Of a stretch of 64,000 nucleotides of DNA, positions 9,338 through 19,084 are shown one piece after another. The position numbers and the translations under genes were made by a program. Origin of the DNA: a virus (taxonomy: Duplodnaviria > Caudoviricetes); the IMG/VR virus record IMGVR_UViG_3300025961_000012, positions 1 to 64,000 of that record; one strand, written 5' to 3'. Positions within the stretch are counted from its first letter, which is position 1, and every line of letters begins with the position of its first letter. Under the pieces are notes generated by a model that was not told the origin of the DNA, searched no databases, and was given only the letters and a program-made list of their open reading frames with translations.

Positions 9338-10681
9338 TCAGGCGATACCGCAGGCCATTTCCATGCCGCGAACGCCGGCGTCCTCATGCGCGCCGTCCAT
9401 GTTGCGCTTCACCTTCGCGCGGTCCTCGTCCGACAACCCGGCAATCCGTGCCGCGGAGTCCAAAGCGTGATCGCTGGCTTTCGCGTACCAGACTCGCGAC
9501 CGCGGGGACCATCGGAAGCGCGACGCCTTCAGCGCACTGATTACGGAAGGATCTGGCTTGCCCGGGAATCGAACCTCGATCCCGTTGTGCTCTTCGTTGT
9601 AGGCAACGCTCGCCTCGGCGCCCGCAGTAACGCTTGGAAGCACAGATCCGCGATGCGCCAGCAGAGGGACGTCGAACGTGGCTTTGTACCAGTTCCCCCA
9701 CTCGTTCAGAAATGAATCACCTTCCTTCCATTCGCGCTCTTCCAACCCGGTAATCACGGCGCCTGGCGGGAAGGATTGAGCCTGAAGGATGGCCAGAACC
9801 GCGTTGCCGCCGCACTCGACTCGGGCGCCGTTCTCATCTGGCAACCGCAGATCGTAAGGCTTCACGTTCGGGTCATAGGTCACGTTCTCGAACTGGCACA
9901 ATGCCGGCAGGAGCAACGGCATCAGCTTGTCCTCGTCGAAGTCGCGCCGCTCGCTCACGAAACGCACGCGCCCCAACACTTCGGAAACGGCTTCCCCGTA
10001 CGCGCTATGATCGTACTCGGTTGAATCCGTCATCCCGTCGAAGCTGGCATTTTGATACTTGCCCGTGATCGCTTCCACTTCCTTGATTGTCGGTCCGGCC
10101 GTCCATCGGATGTCGATCGAGTTGCCATCGGACCGAACGCTGAACGCATGGCCCGGGAACGCTCGAACCAGTTCAACCTTGCAGTTGGCCGCGGCTCGCG
10201 CCGCACAACTCAATTTCGAATCCGCCGGCAGCGCCCACGGGTATTTTTCCCGCAATGTGGCTGCAATCTTGTTCTGTTCACCGCGCTTGGCTTCGTCCTG
10301 GATGCGCCGTTCTTCAGCCAACCGCGCCGACTCCGCCACCCGGGCGGCGTCCTCCTCAGGTGTCCGCCTGTTGTCCGTCACCGGCCGGTTCTCTTTCAAC
10401 GCGGGCAGCCTGGCCAGCAATGCGGCCTCGATTTCCTTCGCGTTGTCACGGCTGATCGTCCATGCGAATTGCGCGCCGACTTCCTCAAGCGCCGCCTTCA
10501 CGTCCTCGCGAACGTTCACGCCGAAGATCTCCGTCGTCGTGTTGCTGTGCTCCTCGCCTCCCCGCACTCCCCAGATCTCCACCTTCGTGTTGTGCTCCCA
10601 TCGAACCTTGCCAAGTGCATCGTTGATCCGCTTGACCTGAATAGGTCCAGCCGGGTTTGTCGTGTCGTGTTGCCATTTCAT
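9338..10681 (-). CDS. Large polyvalent protein with LPD29 domain
   Basis: AANCKVELVRAFPGHAFSVRSDGNSIDIRWTAGPT..FDGMTDS (LPD29); C-terminal NGIEVRFPGKP..LKASRFRWSPRSRVWYAK domain. Confidence 0.75.
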   Translation of the reverse strand: MKWQHDTTNPAGPIQVKRINDALGKVRWEHNTKVEIWGVRGGEEHSNTTTEIFGVNVREDVKAALEEVGAQFAWTISRDNAKEIEAALLARLPALKENRPVTDNRRTPEEDAARVAESARLAEERRIQDEAKRGEQNKIAATLREKYPWALPADSKLSCAARAAANCKVELVRAFPGHAFSVRSDGNSIDIRWTAGPTIKEVEAITGKYQNASFDGMTDSTEYDHSAYGEAVSEVLGRVRFVSERRDFDEDKLMPLLLPALCQFENVTYDPNVKPYDLRLPDENGARVECGGNAVLAILQAQSFPPGAVITGLEEREWKEGDSFLNEWGNWYKATFDVPLLAHRGSVLPSVTAGAEASVAYNEEHNGIEVRFPGKPDPSVISALKASRFRWSPRSRVWYAKASDHALDSAARIAGLSDEDRAKVKRNMDGAHEDAGVRGMEMACGIA

Positions 10682-10714
10682 CGTGTTGTCCCTTTCGTGG
10701 TTTGTTGTTGTTGG

Positions 10715-10924
10715 TCAGGCTGCGAACCGCACGTTGCCATCCGGCAAAATGCCTGACAGCCTTGCCAAATCGTTGATCTCCTTCAGTTCCCCGCTTTTGT
10801 CCCCGCTTACCGTCAGGCACTTCTTACTTTCCCGGGCCAAGTCCTGAAACGAAACCGTTCGAATTTGAACGGTGACGTGAGGAAAGCGCGCCTTCACTGC
10901 TTTACGGAATTCGTGTGTAGTCAT
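10715..10924 (-). CDS. Hypothetical protein
   Basis: ATAGGAAC RBS before MTTHEFRKAV. Confidence 0.6.
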   Translation of the reverse strand: MTTHEFRKAVKARFPHVTVQIRTVSFQDLARESKKCLTVSGDKSGELKEINDLARLSGILPDGNVRFAA

Positions 10925-11487
10925 TTTGTTCCTATTGGTTGGTTGTTGTCCGACGCGCAGAGCATCCGCCCCACGCGTAAATTCCAATCTGGTTTCACTC
11001 TCAGCGCAACGTGGTAAAGGTCCGGGCTTTCAAAGTCTCCCAGATCGGATTCGGAAGAGTTTTTGCCATGCTGATCAAGTCGCGCAGCGCAAATACTGGC
11101 CTTCAATACGTCGTCCGTGTTCATTCCGTCCTTTGGCGTGTTGACGCGAACATGCACCCAGTAATCAGGGTTTGCGCCATCTGTAGCGCGGACAATTTCA
11201 ACGTCGCCACCAGGAAAAGCGATGCGAACGTGAGCCGGCTCGCAAGATTTCGGATCGCCAGTCAGTTGAATGCCTTCGGCCGATTCTCCAAACTTCGTTA
11301 GTTTCAATCTCACTTGGCGCCTCCTTTCAGGGCGTCGTGCGCCTCTTGCAATCGCGGCGCAAGTGGTCTCAAGTAGAAACCTATCGGCATGTTTTATTCC
11401 CTTTGGGAAGTATTTCCGGGCGACTTTAATCAATCCCGATGCAAGCTGTAACGCATCCCTGTTGTGTTCGAATGTTTGGCCGTTCAT
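10921..11487 (-). CDS. Hypothetical protein
   Basis: ATAGGAAC RBS before MNGQTFEHN; IAFPGGDVEIVRATD..YWVHV segment. Confidence 0.6.
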   Translation of the reverse strand: MNGQTFEHNRDALQLASGLIKVARKYFPKGIKHADRFLLETTCAAIARGARRPERRRQVRLKLTKFGESAEGIQLTGDPKSCEPAHVRIAFPGGDVEIVRATDGANPDYWVHVRVNTPKDGMNTDDVLKASICAARLDQHGKNSSESDLGDFESPDLYHVALRVKPDWNLRVGRMLCASDNNQPIGTK

Positions 11488-11558
11488 TTTGTTCCTATCG
11501 TTATGGGAGCGTGATTGCCCCGATGAACCTCCGCTCGCGCAGAGGCTCAACGTGGAAA

Positions 11559-12041
11559 TCAGAACGCATCGGCCATGTCGCCACCGTAGACAATCTGATC
11601 GTCGATTTGTTGCTCCTGGACCCGATCGATCACCCGCCTTGCCTGCCTTACTTCGGCCTCGGCAACCGGCTGTTTCGTCCGGTCCTGTCCGCCAGCCGCG
11701 ATCGCCTCCCGATAGGTGAACGGCGACGGCAGACTCGGCACTTCCGGAAACCAGAACTCGCACTCCCGCGAACCGTTGACCGTCCGCGCGCTAATCCGCC
11801 AGCCGTTCCCATCGGTCCCGCCACCGCATTGGGTAAACTTGTGGCCATTTTCCAACACAAACTTCGCAGCAATCTCCCGCACAGGCGCCGGCATCTGCAT
11901 CCGCCTCACCGCCGACAAGCGAAATCCGCCGTGCCCCGGCGTGCAAAACGAATCAATCCCGTCCGCGTAGTTCACGCACCAGTCAGCAACGCCCCAAGGC
12001 GTCTGGATGTTGTGTCCCCTGCAATCGATCTCTTGTTTCAT
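11559..12041 (-). CDS. DUF7007-like protein (TPWG...TPGHGG)
   Basis: IQTPWGVAD..YADGI..CTPGHGGFRLS; RBS ATAGGAAC. Confidence 0.65.
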   Translation of the reverse strand: MKQEIDCRGHNIQTPWGVADWCVNYADGIDSFCTPGHGGFRLSAVRRMQMPAPVREIAAKFVLENGHKFTQCGGGTDGNGWRISARTVNGSRECEFWFPEVPSLPSPFTYREAIAAGGQDRTKQPVAEAEVRQARRVIDRVQEQQIDDQIVYGGDMADAF

Positions 12042-12115
12042 TCGTGTTCCTATGGTTTGAAACGGCGGAATTGCCATTTCGGTCTCCCGCCCCGGTGGAG
12101 CGGGAGAACGAAACG

Positions 12116-12652
12116 TCAGACAAGTTTGGTGACCGTGTAATCCGTCAGGACCTTGCTCCGTTGCGCCTTCAGGATCTCCTGAATGGCTTCCTGCGGTGGT
12201 TCACCCTGCGAATAGAAGCTGATTTCGTAGTCGCTGCCATTGGGGTGAATCCACGCGTCCACCCGGTGAGTCATGCCCCTGCGTTTCTGGACTCGATCCC
12301 GGGCGGCAACCTTTTTGGCGTCGCGCGCCTGCGCCTCGGCAAGCGTTTTGTTCAGTGACTCCATGAAACAACGTTCACACCAGCCGTCGCGATTGGTCCG
12401 ATAGCACGCTGGATCAAATGCAGGGGCCCCACATTGCGAGCACGCCACCAGTTTGACAGGTCGAAACAGCCGATCCATGTCGGCGACTGTTGCCTTTTCG
12501 TAGGGCAAATCCGCTTGGCGGACGTGGACGCAGCCGCCGTTTTCCATCCGGATCTCGATCTGAAATCCGTACCCGGGATACATCCACGAACACGGGCTTA
12601 CCGTCGCCGTGAACTCGATCCCGTCCTGCGTGAGAGTAAGGAATTGTTTCAT
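12116..12652 (-). CDS. Hypothetical protein with CxxC...CxxC site
   Basis: ACSQCG..WCERC; ATGA overlap with the RadC-like stop. Confidence 0.6.
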   Translation of the reverse strand: MKQFLTLTQDGIEFTATVSPCSWMYPGYGFQIEIRMENGGCVHVRQADLPYEKATVADMDRLFRPVKLVACSQCGAPAFDPACYRTNRDGWCERCFMESLNKTLAEAQARDAKKVAARDRVQKRRGMTHRVDAWIHPNGSDYEISFYSQGEPPQEAIQEILKAQRSKVLTDYTVTKLV

Positions 12653-13143
12653 AGGTGAAAGTATCCAAGCTCCTTGAGGCTCGTCCAATCCTTCGGCCTG
12701 CCTTCCATCGGCGCGCCGAGTATCAGATGATCCAACACGTCGATCTTCATGATTTGACCGGCCCGGATCAAATCGCGCGTGATACGAATGTCCGCCTCCG
12801 ACGGCGTTGGATCGCCAGAAGGATGGTTGTGGAACAGGATGATCGCCGACGCGTTCATGACGATGGCAGCCTTAAAAACTTCCCGGGGATGGATAAGGAT
12901 CGTGTCCAGTGTGCCGTTGCTCACAATCTCGAAGCCAATCGGGCGCCTGCGCGTGTTCAAAAACACAATCCCGAAGTTTTCCGTGTCCACGTTGTAACGC
13001 AGCGACGGCAGCAACTGCGGGCGGACGTAGTTGACGAGCCGTTCCGGCGTGTCACACACAACGTCCGTCGACGGGGCGGTTTCCTGTAGTCTCATGACTT
13101 TGAACTCAGAGCCCTGCAATCGGGTCATCCAGTTTGTTTTCAT
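12649..13143 (-). CDS. radC: RadC-like JAB domain protein
   Basis: HPREVFKAAI..IILFHNHPSGDPTPSEADIRIT..LDHLIL. Confidence 0.9.
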   Translation of the reverse strand: MKTNWMTRLQGSEFKVMRLQETAPSTDVVCDTPERLVNYVRPQLLPSLRYNVDTENFGIVFLNTRRRPIGFEIVSNGTLDTILIHPREVFKAAIVMNASAIILFHNHPSGDPTPSEADIRITRDLIRAGQIMKIDVLDHLILGAPMEGRPKDWTSLKELGYFHL

Positions 13144-13215
13144 TGGTTCCATTGGTTAAGAGAGGCGTGATTGCCCCTCACCTTCCGGCCCGCATTGCAG
13201 GCCGGAACGTGAGAG

Positions 13216-13416
13216 TCAGGCGCGGCCAATGGATCGCATATGATGCTCCAAAAGGATGTTCTGCGCGTGTTGTTTCATCTCCGGAGTAAACGAATCCGGC
13301 GCGTTTTCCTCCACCCACTCAACGTTGGACATCTCGTCCAATTCATCGGCTGATTCGGCGCCAGACGCCAAACCATCGGCGAAACGAAACGCTTCGAGGG
13401 CTTGTTGTGCGTTCAT
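13216..13416 (-). CDS. Hypothetical acidic protein
   Basis: Coupled to the upstream stop. Confidence 0.55.
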   Translation of the reverse strand: MNAQQALEAFRFADGLASGAESADELDEMSNVEWVEENAPDSFTPEMKQHAQNILLEHHMRSIGRA

Positions 13417-14105
13417 CGTCCGCCCTCCGCGTTGTTGCCTTCGATTGTTTCGACGACCAATTGAGCAAGCTCACCAATCGGCGAGCGCTCGGACGTGCCT
13501 GCAAACTCTTCGCCAGCCCCGTCAATCACCTTTCCGTCCTTGCCCATCATCTGCCACCCAAGAGTCCCGTTGGTGAATCCAAAAGCCAGATCCACTTCAC
13601 TCAATCCACCGAACAGGATATAGCCGGGATACTCCACGCTCACAGCGTAACCGCGCGCGCGAATCGCATCGGCCAATTGCTGCTCGATCATTGTCGTCAT
13701 TTTCTCGTCGTAGCGCGTTACGTGTAGAAAGCCCGGTCCGCCTTCAGAGTAAGCCTCTGACTGGATCCACGCGCACTCGCCAGAGTTCAATTTCAATCCG
13801 TAGATCCCGTCTCCAAGCGGATCCTTCACAATCGCGACGATAGTTTTTCCAACCAAACCAGCGTAGTGAGGCGGAACTTGATCAACTGAACCTTTCAATT
13901 GCGCCAGCGTCTCACGCGCTTCCTGTGCCGAAAATTCGTGATCCGTCAGGATGCAGAACGTGTTCGCATCGATTCGCCGTATCTCTTCCAACACGGGCAT
14001 CAAAGCATATTCATCGGGATATTTGTGCCAATCCCCCGCCGTCAACCGCTCACCCTCACACAGGTCAACGTAAAGACCCGTCTTCGCGTTTCGATAGATG
14101 TTCAT
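13413..14105 (-). CDS. Hypothetical protein (possibly two fused domains)
   Basis: Start MNIYRNAK (ATGA overlap); second in-frame start MTTMIEQQ near 13.7 kb. Confidence 0.55.
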   Translation of the reverse strand: MNIYRNAKTGLYVDLCEGERLTAGDWHKYPDEYALMPVLEEIRRIDANTFCILTDHEFSAQEARETLAQLKGSVDQVPPHYAGLVGKTIVAIVKDPLGDGIYGLKLNSGECAWIQSEAYSEGGPGFLHVTRYDEKMTTMIEQQLADAIRARGYAVSVEYPGYILFGGLSEVDLAFGFTNGTLGWQMMGKDGKVIDGAGEEFAGTSERSPIGELAQLVVETIEGNNAEGGR

Positions 14106-14443
14106 CGCGCACCTGCCTTCCGTTGCGCCGCGCGCGCCTGCTCCAGATACCGAACCGCAGTCTGAACGATGCAATGATCCTCGGGATACTCACGCCGAAA
14201 TCCTTCCAGCTTTAGTTCCAGATACGATTCAAAATCGCGCGCCAATGTCAGCAACTCAGGAACAATGGCCTCGATCGCACGGGCTTCCAAGATGGCCAAG
14301 CGGGCTTGCATTTTCGCGTTGGCAACGGTGGCGCTACGCTGCGAAGCTGTGTAGCACGTTCCGAATTCATCGGGCACAGGAGCGGGTAATTCAAGAGTAT
14401 CAAGACATGTCTGCAATGCCTGACGCACGGATGATGGGTTCAT
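14102..14443 (-). CDS. Hypothetical protein
   Basis: AAAGGAAC RBS before MNPSSVRQ; in-frame upstream ATG at 14554 (MKRPN). Confidence 0.6.
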   Translation of the reverse strand: MNPSSVRQALQTCLDTLELPAPVPDEFGTCYTASQRSATVANAKMQARLAILEARAIEAIVPELLTLARDFESYLELKLEGFRREYPEDHCIVQTAVRYLEQARAAQRKAGAR

Positions 14444-14564
14444 TTTGTTCCTTTCAAATCCGACTGCGCGGCTCGGCCGAAACGAGGGAGATGAAGCGAC
14501 GTTCGAGCCAATGCCCGCGCAATCGGAAAGTGTGTTTGTGTTCGGTCGCTTCATCGAAATAAAA

Positions 14565-14918
14565 TCAGTTACCGCACCCACACCAATAAGCCAGACGGCC
14601 GCACGTCATGACCGTCCAGTTGGTTTCGGTGCCGCATTTCTCGCAAGTGTCGCGCCTATCTAGTCGTCGCGCAGTGTGTGTGAATTGATAGGTTGTCGCG
14701 TTGCGAGGCATGGAATAATCACGCTCAACCTTCACCCATGAAACAGAGCTTGCAGCGTGCGCGTGTCGGATTACTCCGCGCGGTGGCGTCGTTCCATACT
14801 GACTGCCAAGATATGAAATCTGCGTTCCATGTACGCGGTGAATCTTGTAGATGCGCGACGGCCATTGAGGCATGAAAAACAAGTCGCCAGCCCGCCATTT
14901 CGGATAGGTAACTTTCAT
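14565..14918 (-). CDS. Hypothetical protein with C-terminal Cys cluster
   Basis: CEKCG..CG..WCGCG. Confidence 0.55.
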   Translation of the reverse strand: MKVTYPKWRAGDLFFMPQWPSRIYKIHRVHGTQISYLGSQYGTTPPRGVIRHAHAASSVSWVKVERDYSMPRNATTYQFTHTARRLDRRDTCEKCGTETNWTVMTCGRLAYWCGCGN

Positions 14919-15103
14919 GGCCGCGCCTCACACGTTCGCAAGTGTCGATTCATTCCACCATGTTTGTTGCTACGCGAAACCTTGCACCAAGGGCAGACGC
15001 CGGACTCTTTCAGGGCCCTCCATTTCGAAGCTTTTTCGACGGAACACGCAATGCCGTGAAAACTCCATTCCTGTTGGGTGGAATCGTTGTTCGGTCGCTT
15101 CAT
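14915..15103 (-). CDS. Small zinc-finger-like protein, first gene after the tandem promoter
   Basis: MKRPN..CPWCKVS..MNRHLRTC. Confidence 0.55.
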   Translation of the reverse strand: MKRPNNDSTQQEWSFHGIACSVEKASKWRALKESGVCPWCKVSRSNKHGGMNRHLRTCEARP

Positions 15104-15134
15104 CGCGGTCACTCTCCCACACCTGCCCAAAGAT

Positions 15135-15158
15135 TGTCAAGCGGTATTTGTCAAGCGG
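15135..15158 (-). promoter_or_regulatory. Tandem CCGCTTGACA -35 elements at the head of the early accessory operon
   Basis: Plus strand TGTCAAGCGG at 15135-15144 and 15149-15158; no clear -10 found. Confidence 0.55.
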
Positions 15159-16251
15159 TCCGCAGTCACGCAAATTCGCCTGAATCTTCCTCCGCACTTT
15201 TCATCGGTTATTCCTCCCACTTTCCAGATCCGCGCCGAAAGTCGCCACCGCGGATCCACTCTCCGCCATCTTGGCACGCATCCTGAAGTTCCAGCGTCGG
15301 AAGTCAGGATGACCAACGACTCGATCCCCGGCCCGAACCAATCGAGGCGACGGACGGCCGAACGAGGCAACGGTCGGACATTCCATGTCCAATGAGGCGA
15401 ACGGGGACACGTTGCGTCTTCGTACCTATATGCTCCCTGGCGGATACCAATACGCTGCCTGGCGCCTATTGGTATGCTCCATATCCGCTATTGGTACGGG
15501 TCCAGTCGGCTGCCTATCGGTCCCATACGCAACAATCGTTGCGGTTGCAGCGGTTTCCGTCGATTCCGGCCCGATTTCGGCTTGGCGGCTCGGTTTCCAG
15601 GACCATGCCACCCCATAGCGGGGTTACCCCGGGGGTGTCGCAGACGGATACGTATGTCCCCGTGCGACCCTCAGCATGTTTGGCAAAAGGGAGGGGTGGA
15701 ATGTTTTTTGTGGAACATTGCTGTGGGGAGAGGAGTGGGGTGAGTTGATTGAGGGAGAGGGTGGAGGAGAGGGTGTGGAAAGCCTTGCCGGGCGTGGGCT
15801 CGGCGGTTTGTACGATTCTTGAGGTAGTCGGAGGCGCTGGTAAGTGGGTGGGCCTGGCTGCTGGTGAGGCTCCGGACGGGCTGCGTGGGTCATCCGGTGC
15901 AGGTGGCGCGGCGAAAGTGCTTGGCGTATGGCTGCGGTCAGGGCACCTGCAGGGGTTTTTAAGGCCCTCGCAGCGGCGTGTGACACGGCCTTTTGGGTCG
16001 GGTCTCGTCACAGTTGGTGGGGTTCTCCCCTTCCCATGACTGGTGCGCGATCCTGGGTATGCCCGTTTCTCAGGGCACCAGGACTGTTTTACGACATCTC
16101 AATGAACGCGCCGTTCTTCGGGAGAGCGGCGAAAAGTCAGGTGTAAATCCGGTGAAATTGTAGGCTGTATTTCTGACAAAATTGGACGGAGGCCCGGCGG
16201 CCGCGGCTGCCAGGTAGTTCGACGCCTCAGAACTTCGACCGGGGATCAAAT

Positions 16252-16575
16252 TCACAGATGCCTCCAGTATTGGAACGTGCGGTATTTCAGCCGATCACGC
16301 GTGGCATCCTTAATAAATCGCTTCGTGAAAAACCTTGCCGATCTTGCATCCGAACAGGGTTTTGCAGTGGTTCCGTTGTAAACTAAGACGGTTCCAGATG
16401 GCAAATTCACGAGGGAAAACCAGCCGTCCTTTGCATGGCGAACCATGAATTGCACGCCACGGAAGGTTTCCGAAGGAAGCTCCGTCCGCGGGAAAGAGTT
16501 TTCGGAGGATTGTGCGTCGCCCTGGATCTTTTCAGATCCTCCGCGGACGGAAAGTGTACTCACAAGGGAACGCAC
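16252..16575 (-). CDS. Hypothetical protein
   Basis: ORF; start uncertain. Confidence 0.4.
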   Translation of the reverse strand: MRSLVSTLSVRGGSEKIQGDAQSSENSFPRTELPSETFRGVQFMVRHAKDGWFSLVNLPSGTVLVYNGTTAKPCSDARSARFFTKRFIKDATRDRLKYRTFQYWRHL

Positions 16576-16584
16576 GCGGGACGA

Positions 16585-16797
16585 TTACTCCACGATCCCG
16601 CCGTCCGTCAAGGGATTTTCTTGGGGATTTAGGACGCGGGCCAGATTTTCCTCCTCGGGCGACCGGCCATAATTCTTCCGTCCGTCGCACGGACAGGTGC
16701 ATTTGGAGCCGCCGTATTCGCCTGGGCGCGCTGGGATCGTGCGCTCGCAGTTATGGTGCTGGTCGTTCTGGCAGTGGACGCAGAGGTAGAGTCTCAT
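16585..16797 (-). CDS. Small Cys/His-rich protein
   Basis: CVHC..HHNC..CTCPC; ATGA overlap. Confidence 0.55.
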   Translation of the reverse strand: MRLYLCVHCQNDQHHNCERTIPARPGEYGGSKCTCPCDGRKNYGRSPEEENLARVLNPQENPLTDGGIVE

Positions 16798-17231
16798 GGG
16801 TTGGTAATCCTCCTTGCCAGCGAGGCGACGAAATCCCAGCGCGGCGGCATAGCTTCGCGGACTCGAGGCGCCTTCGTGATTTTCATGCACCCGTCGCGGA
16901 ACTCGATGAGCCCGTCGTCGCGCGCGAGCATCTTTGGGCGAACTAGGTTCCAGGGCGTGACGAAATAGAACTCGTTGGAGACAGCGTAGGCCATCCAGCG
17001 TTTGTCCGGATTCCTCAGTTCGTTCATCAGATCCTCGGTCGAGACTTTGATCTCAAACGAACGTCGCAGGTTTTGCACCTTTCCACCCCATGCGTTGATC
17101 GCCCAGGCGTCCAATCGCTGTTCCTTAAGCGTGCCCCACCCGGTGCCCAACCGCAGTTCGGGAATGAAGATCCAACCGTCGGAGGCATGCATCTTGCGCA
17201 GTTCGGAGAGTAACAGAGAGGAGTCCATCAT
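16794..17231 (-). CDS. MmcB-like PD-(D/E)XK nuclease
   Basis: RLDAWAI..FEIKVSTEDL..DK..FYFVTP..GLIE. Confidence 0.75.
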   Translation of the reverse strand: MMDSSLLLSELRKMHASDGWIFIPELRLGTGWGTLKEQRLDAWAINAWGGKVQNLRRSFEIKVSTEDLMNELRNPDKRWMAYAVSNEFYFVTPWNLVRPKMLARDDGLIEFRDGCMKITKAPRVREAMPPRWDFVASLARRITNP

Positions 17232-17482
17232 CTGAACTTTTTGGCGTGCCGGCCGTTGTTACAGGCGCGGCAGGCGATTCGACAGTTGGCCGCATTGGAC
17301 TTTCCACCGTCAGCGCGCCGGATGACATGCTCGATCGTGCAATAATTGTTCTGAGACGGCAAACCCTTCAGCGTGGTTGTCACTCCGCACCAACAGCAAC
17401 TCATGCCGAACAGTGCGATGAGGCGGTCGCGCAATGGCGCCTTTGCCGGCCGACGCCGGCGAACCGGAACTTGAAAGGTCAT
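17228..17482 (-). CDS. HNH endonuclease
   Basis: CCWCG..TIEHVIRRADGGKSNAANCRIACRACNNGRH. Confidence 0.9.
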   Translation of the reverse strand: MTFQVPVRRRRPAKAPLRDRLIALFGMSCCWCGVTTTLKGLPSQNNYCTIEHVIRRADGGKSNAANCRIACRACNNGRHAKKFR

Positions 17483-19075
17483 TGGCGTTTCTGTCGTTTG
17501 AGCCACGCGAGCGCTGCAGGGACGTCGGTCTCGTAGATGTCGAGGAGCTTGATGCAGTTGTCGCTGATCGTGTTCGAGTCGCCAAGCAACCTCATTCCTT
17601 GGCCTTCGTCCAGGCCGAGACGTTTGAACTGCGCCATGAGCGCCTCCATGTCGGCGTTGGTCATCACAGAAGATCTGGCCGCCGCCGGCGGGCATCGACC
17701 TCGATGTCGGGGGAAATGGGCGTTATTCGGAACTCCCAATGCGGGATCGTGAGATTGGTCACGGTGAAACCCGTCATGTTCGTCATGATGATGTTGTTGG
17801 TCGGATCCCATGCGGGCAACCCGATGAACAGATGGAACACCTCGTTGGACGTACGCGCACGGGCGTCGCGCTCGGCCTTGGCGTGGCCGATGTCGGCAAG
17901 CTTTTGAACCAGGGCACCGACGCCGAGCAGGAAGATGGTGATCGCAGCCACGGAGCAGGCAAATAATATCGCCTTGACCCACCAAAGTTCATCGGGCTCC
18001 GGTTTCTGCACAGGGTCCGGGTAGTCAAGGCTTCGGTGGTTCATGTTTGAGAAGTTTGGCCGCCTCGCGGATGGCGCTGCCGGCAGCGCAGGCTGACGGT
18101 GATTCGACGATTCGCTGAAGCGCGTTTTCAAGTGCGACAGTGCGGGCACCGCGATCTCTGAGGAGGAGCGCGGCTAATTCCGGCACCTTCGCACACAGAA
18201 CGTCTTGCTGAATGCTGCCATCGTCGGAAGTGTAAGCTGGCTCCCCGAACATTTCTCCGATTTTAACCAGCAACCCGCGATAGTAAGATTCGTTGCGGCA
18301 GAAGCGTTCGGCATCTTCTTTCCAGCAAACTCGCTCTCGTTCGCAATTGGATAACTGCGCCTGCAGGTCGTTCCTCACGCCCAGCATGAGCGCGTCGCGG
18401 GCTTCAAGCGTTTTGATCGCCTCCTTATTCATGGCAAGGGCGCCGCGAAGATCAGAGATCTCCGCCAACAACTGTTCGACATCGGCTGTCTCTTGCTGGG
18501 TCACAGGTTGTTGAGCCCTTTCGGTTTGCTGAATTCGACGTTCACGGCGTCGTTTGAGTAGCCCACGCGGGGCATTGGAACATAGGCTGCGTATTCATCG
18601 ACCATCACAATAAGCGAGTGGCCCGACATCTTGGCCTGTTCACCCAGGCCGATTTTCAGTTCCGTGATTTTGGCCTCGTTCTCCTCGAATGCTTCCTTTG
18701 CAGCATCACGTTTTTCGATAAGAGCATCACGGGAACGCAATCGTTCCATGAGGTGTTTTACTTCGCTGTGAAGGCCAAGCCCGTTGAGTTGAGTGCTCAT
18801 GCTGCCGTCTCCTTCGCTTTCGCAAGAATCGAAGCGACCTTATGTCCGAATCTTGGCAATGGACCGTACGGCGACGTATCGGCCAAAATTGTTTCGAGCG
18901 CCGCCCTGGATATTGCGTCAACAGATGCTGTCGGTATTGACTCGATGATCTTCACGTCGTCAAACGAATTGACGCCGATAGTCAAGTATCCAGCAATATT
19001 CAGCTTTTTGAGCGCCGCGCTGTCAGGCGCGCTGGTTTTTAGATACAGGAAAATAGGTTGGTGAAGTTTACTCAT
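17479..19075 (-). CDS. Five coupled hypothetical ORFs: 17479-17664, 17664-18044 (TM), 18025-18504 (coiled coil), 18501-18800, 18797-19075
   Basis: Overlapping start/stop codons; no family recognised. Confidence 0.55.
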
Positions 19076-19084
19076 AAAGAGAGC

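Noticed and set aside
11500-13220. Hammerhead ribozymes in the intergenic hairpins
   Set aside because: No CUGANGA/GAAA core in the right arrangement.
16107-16135. Hairpin as a terminator
   Set aside because: The U-tract is on the wrong side for either strand.
15201-16255. ORFs called in the 15.2-16.2 kb gap
   Set aside because: Low-complexity Pro/Arg/Ser or Gly-rich products on both strands, with no RBS or coupling to neighbours.
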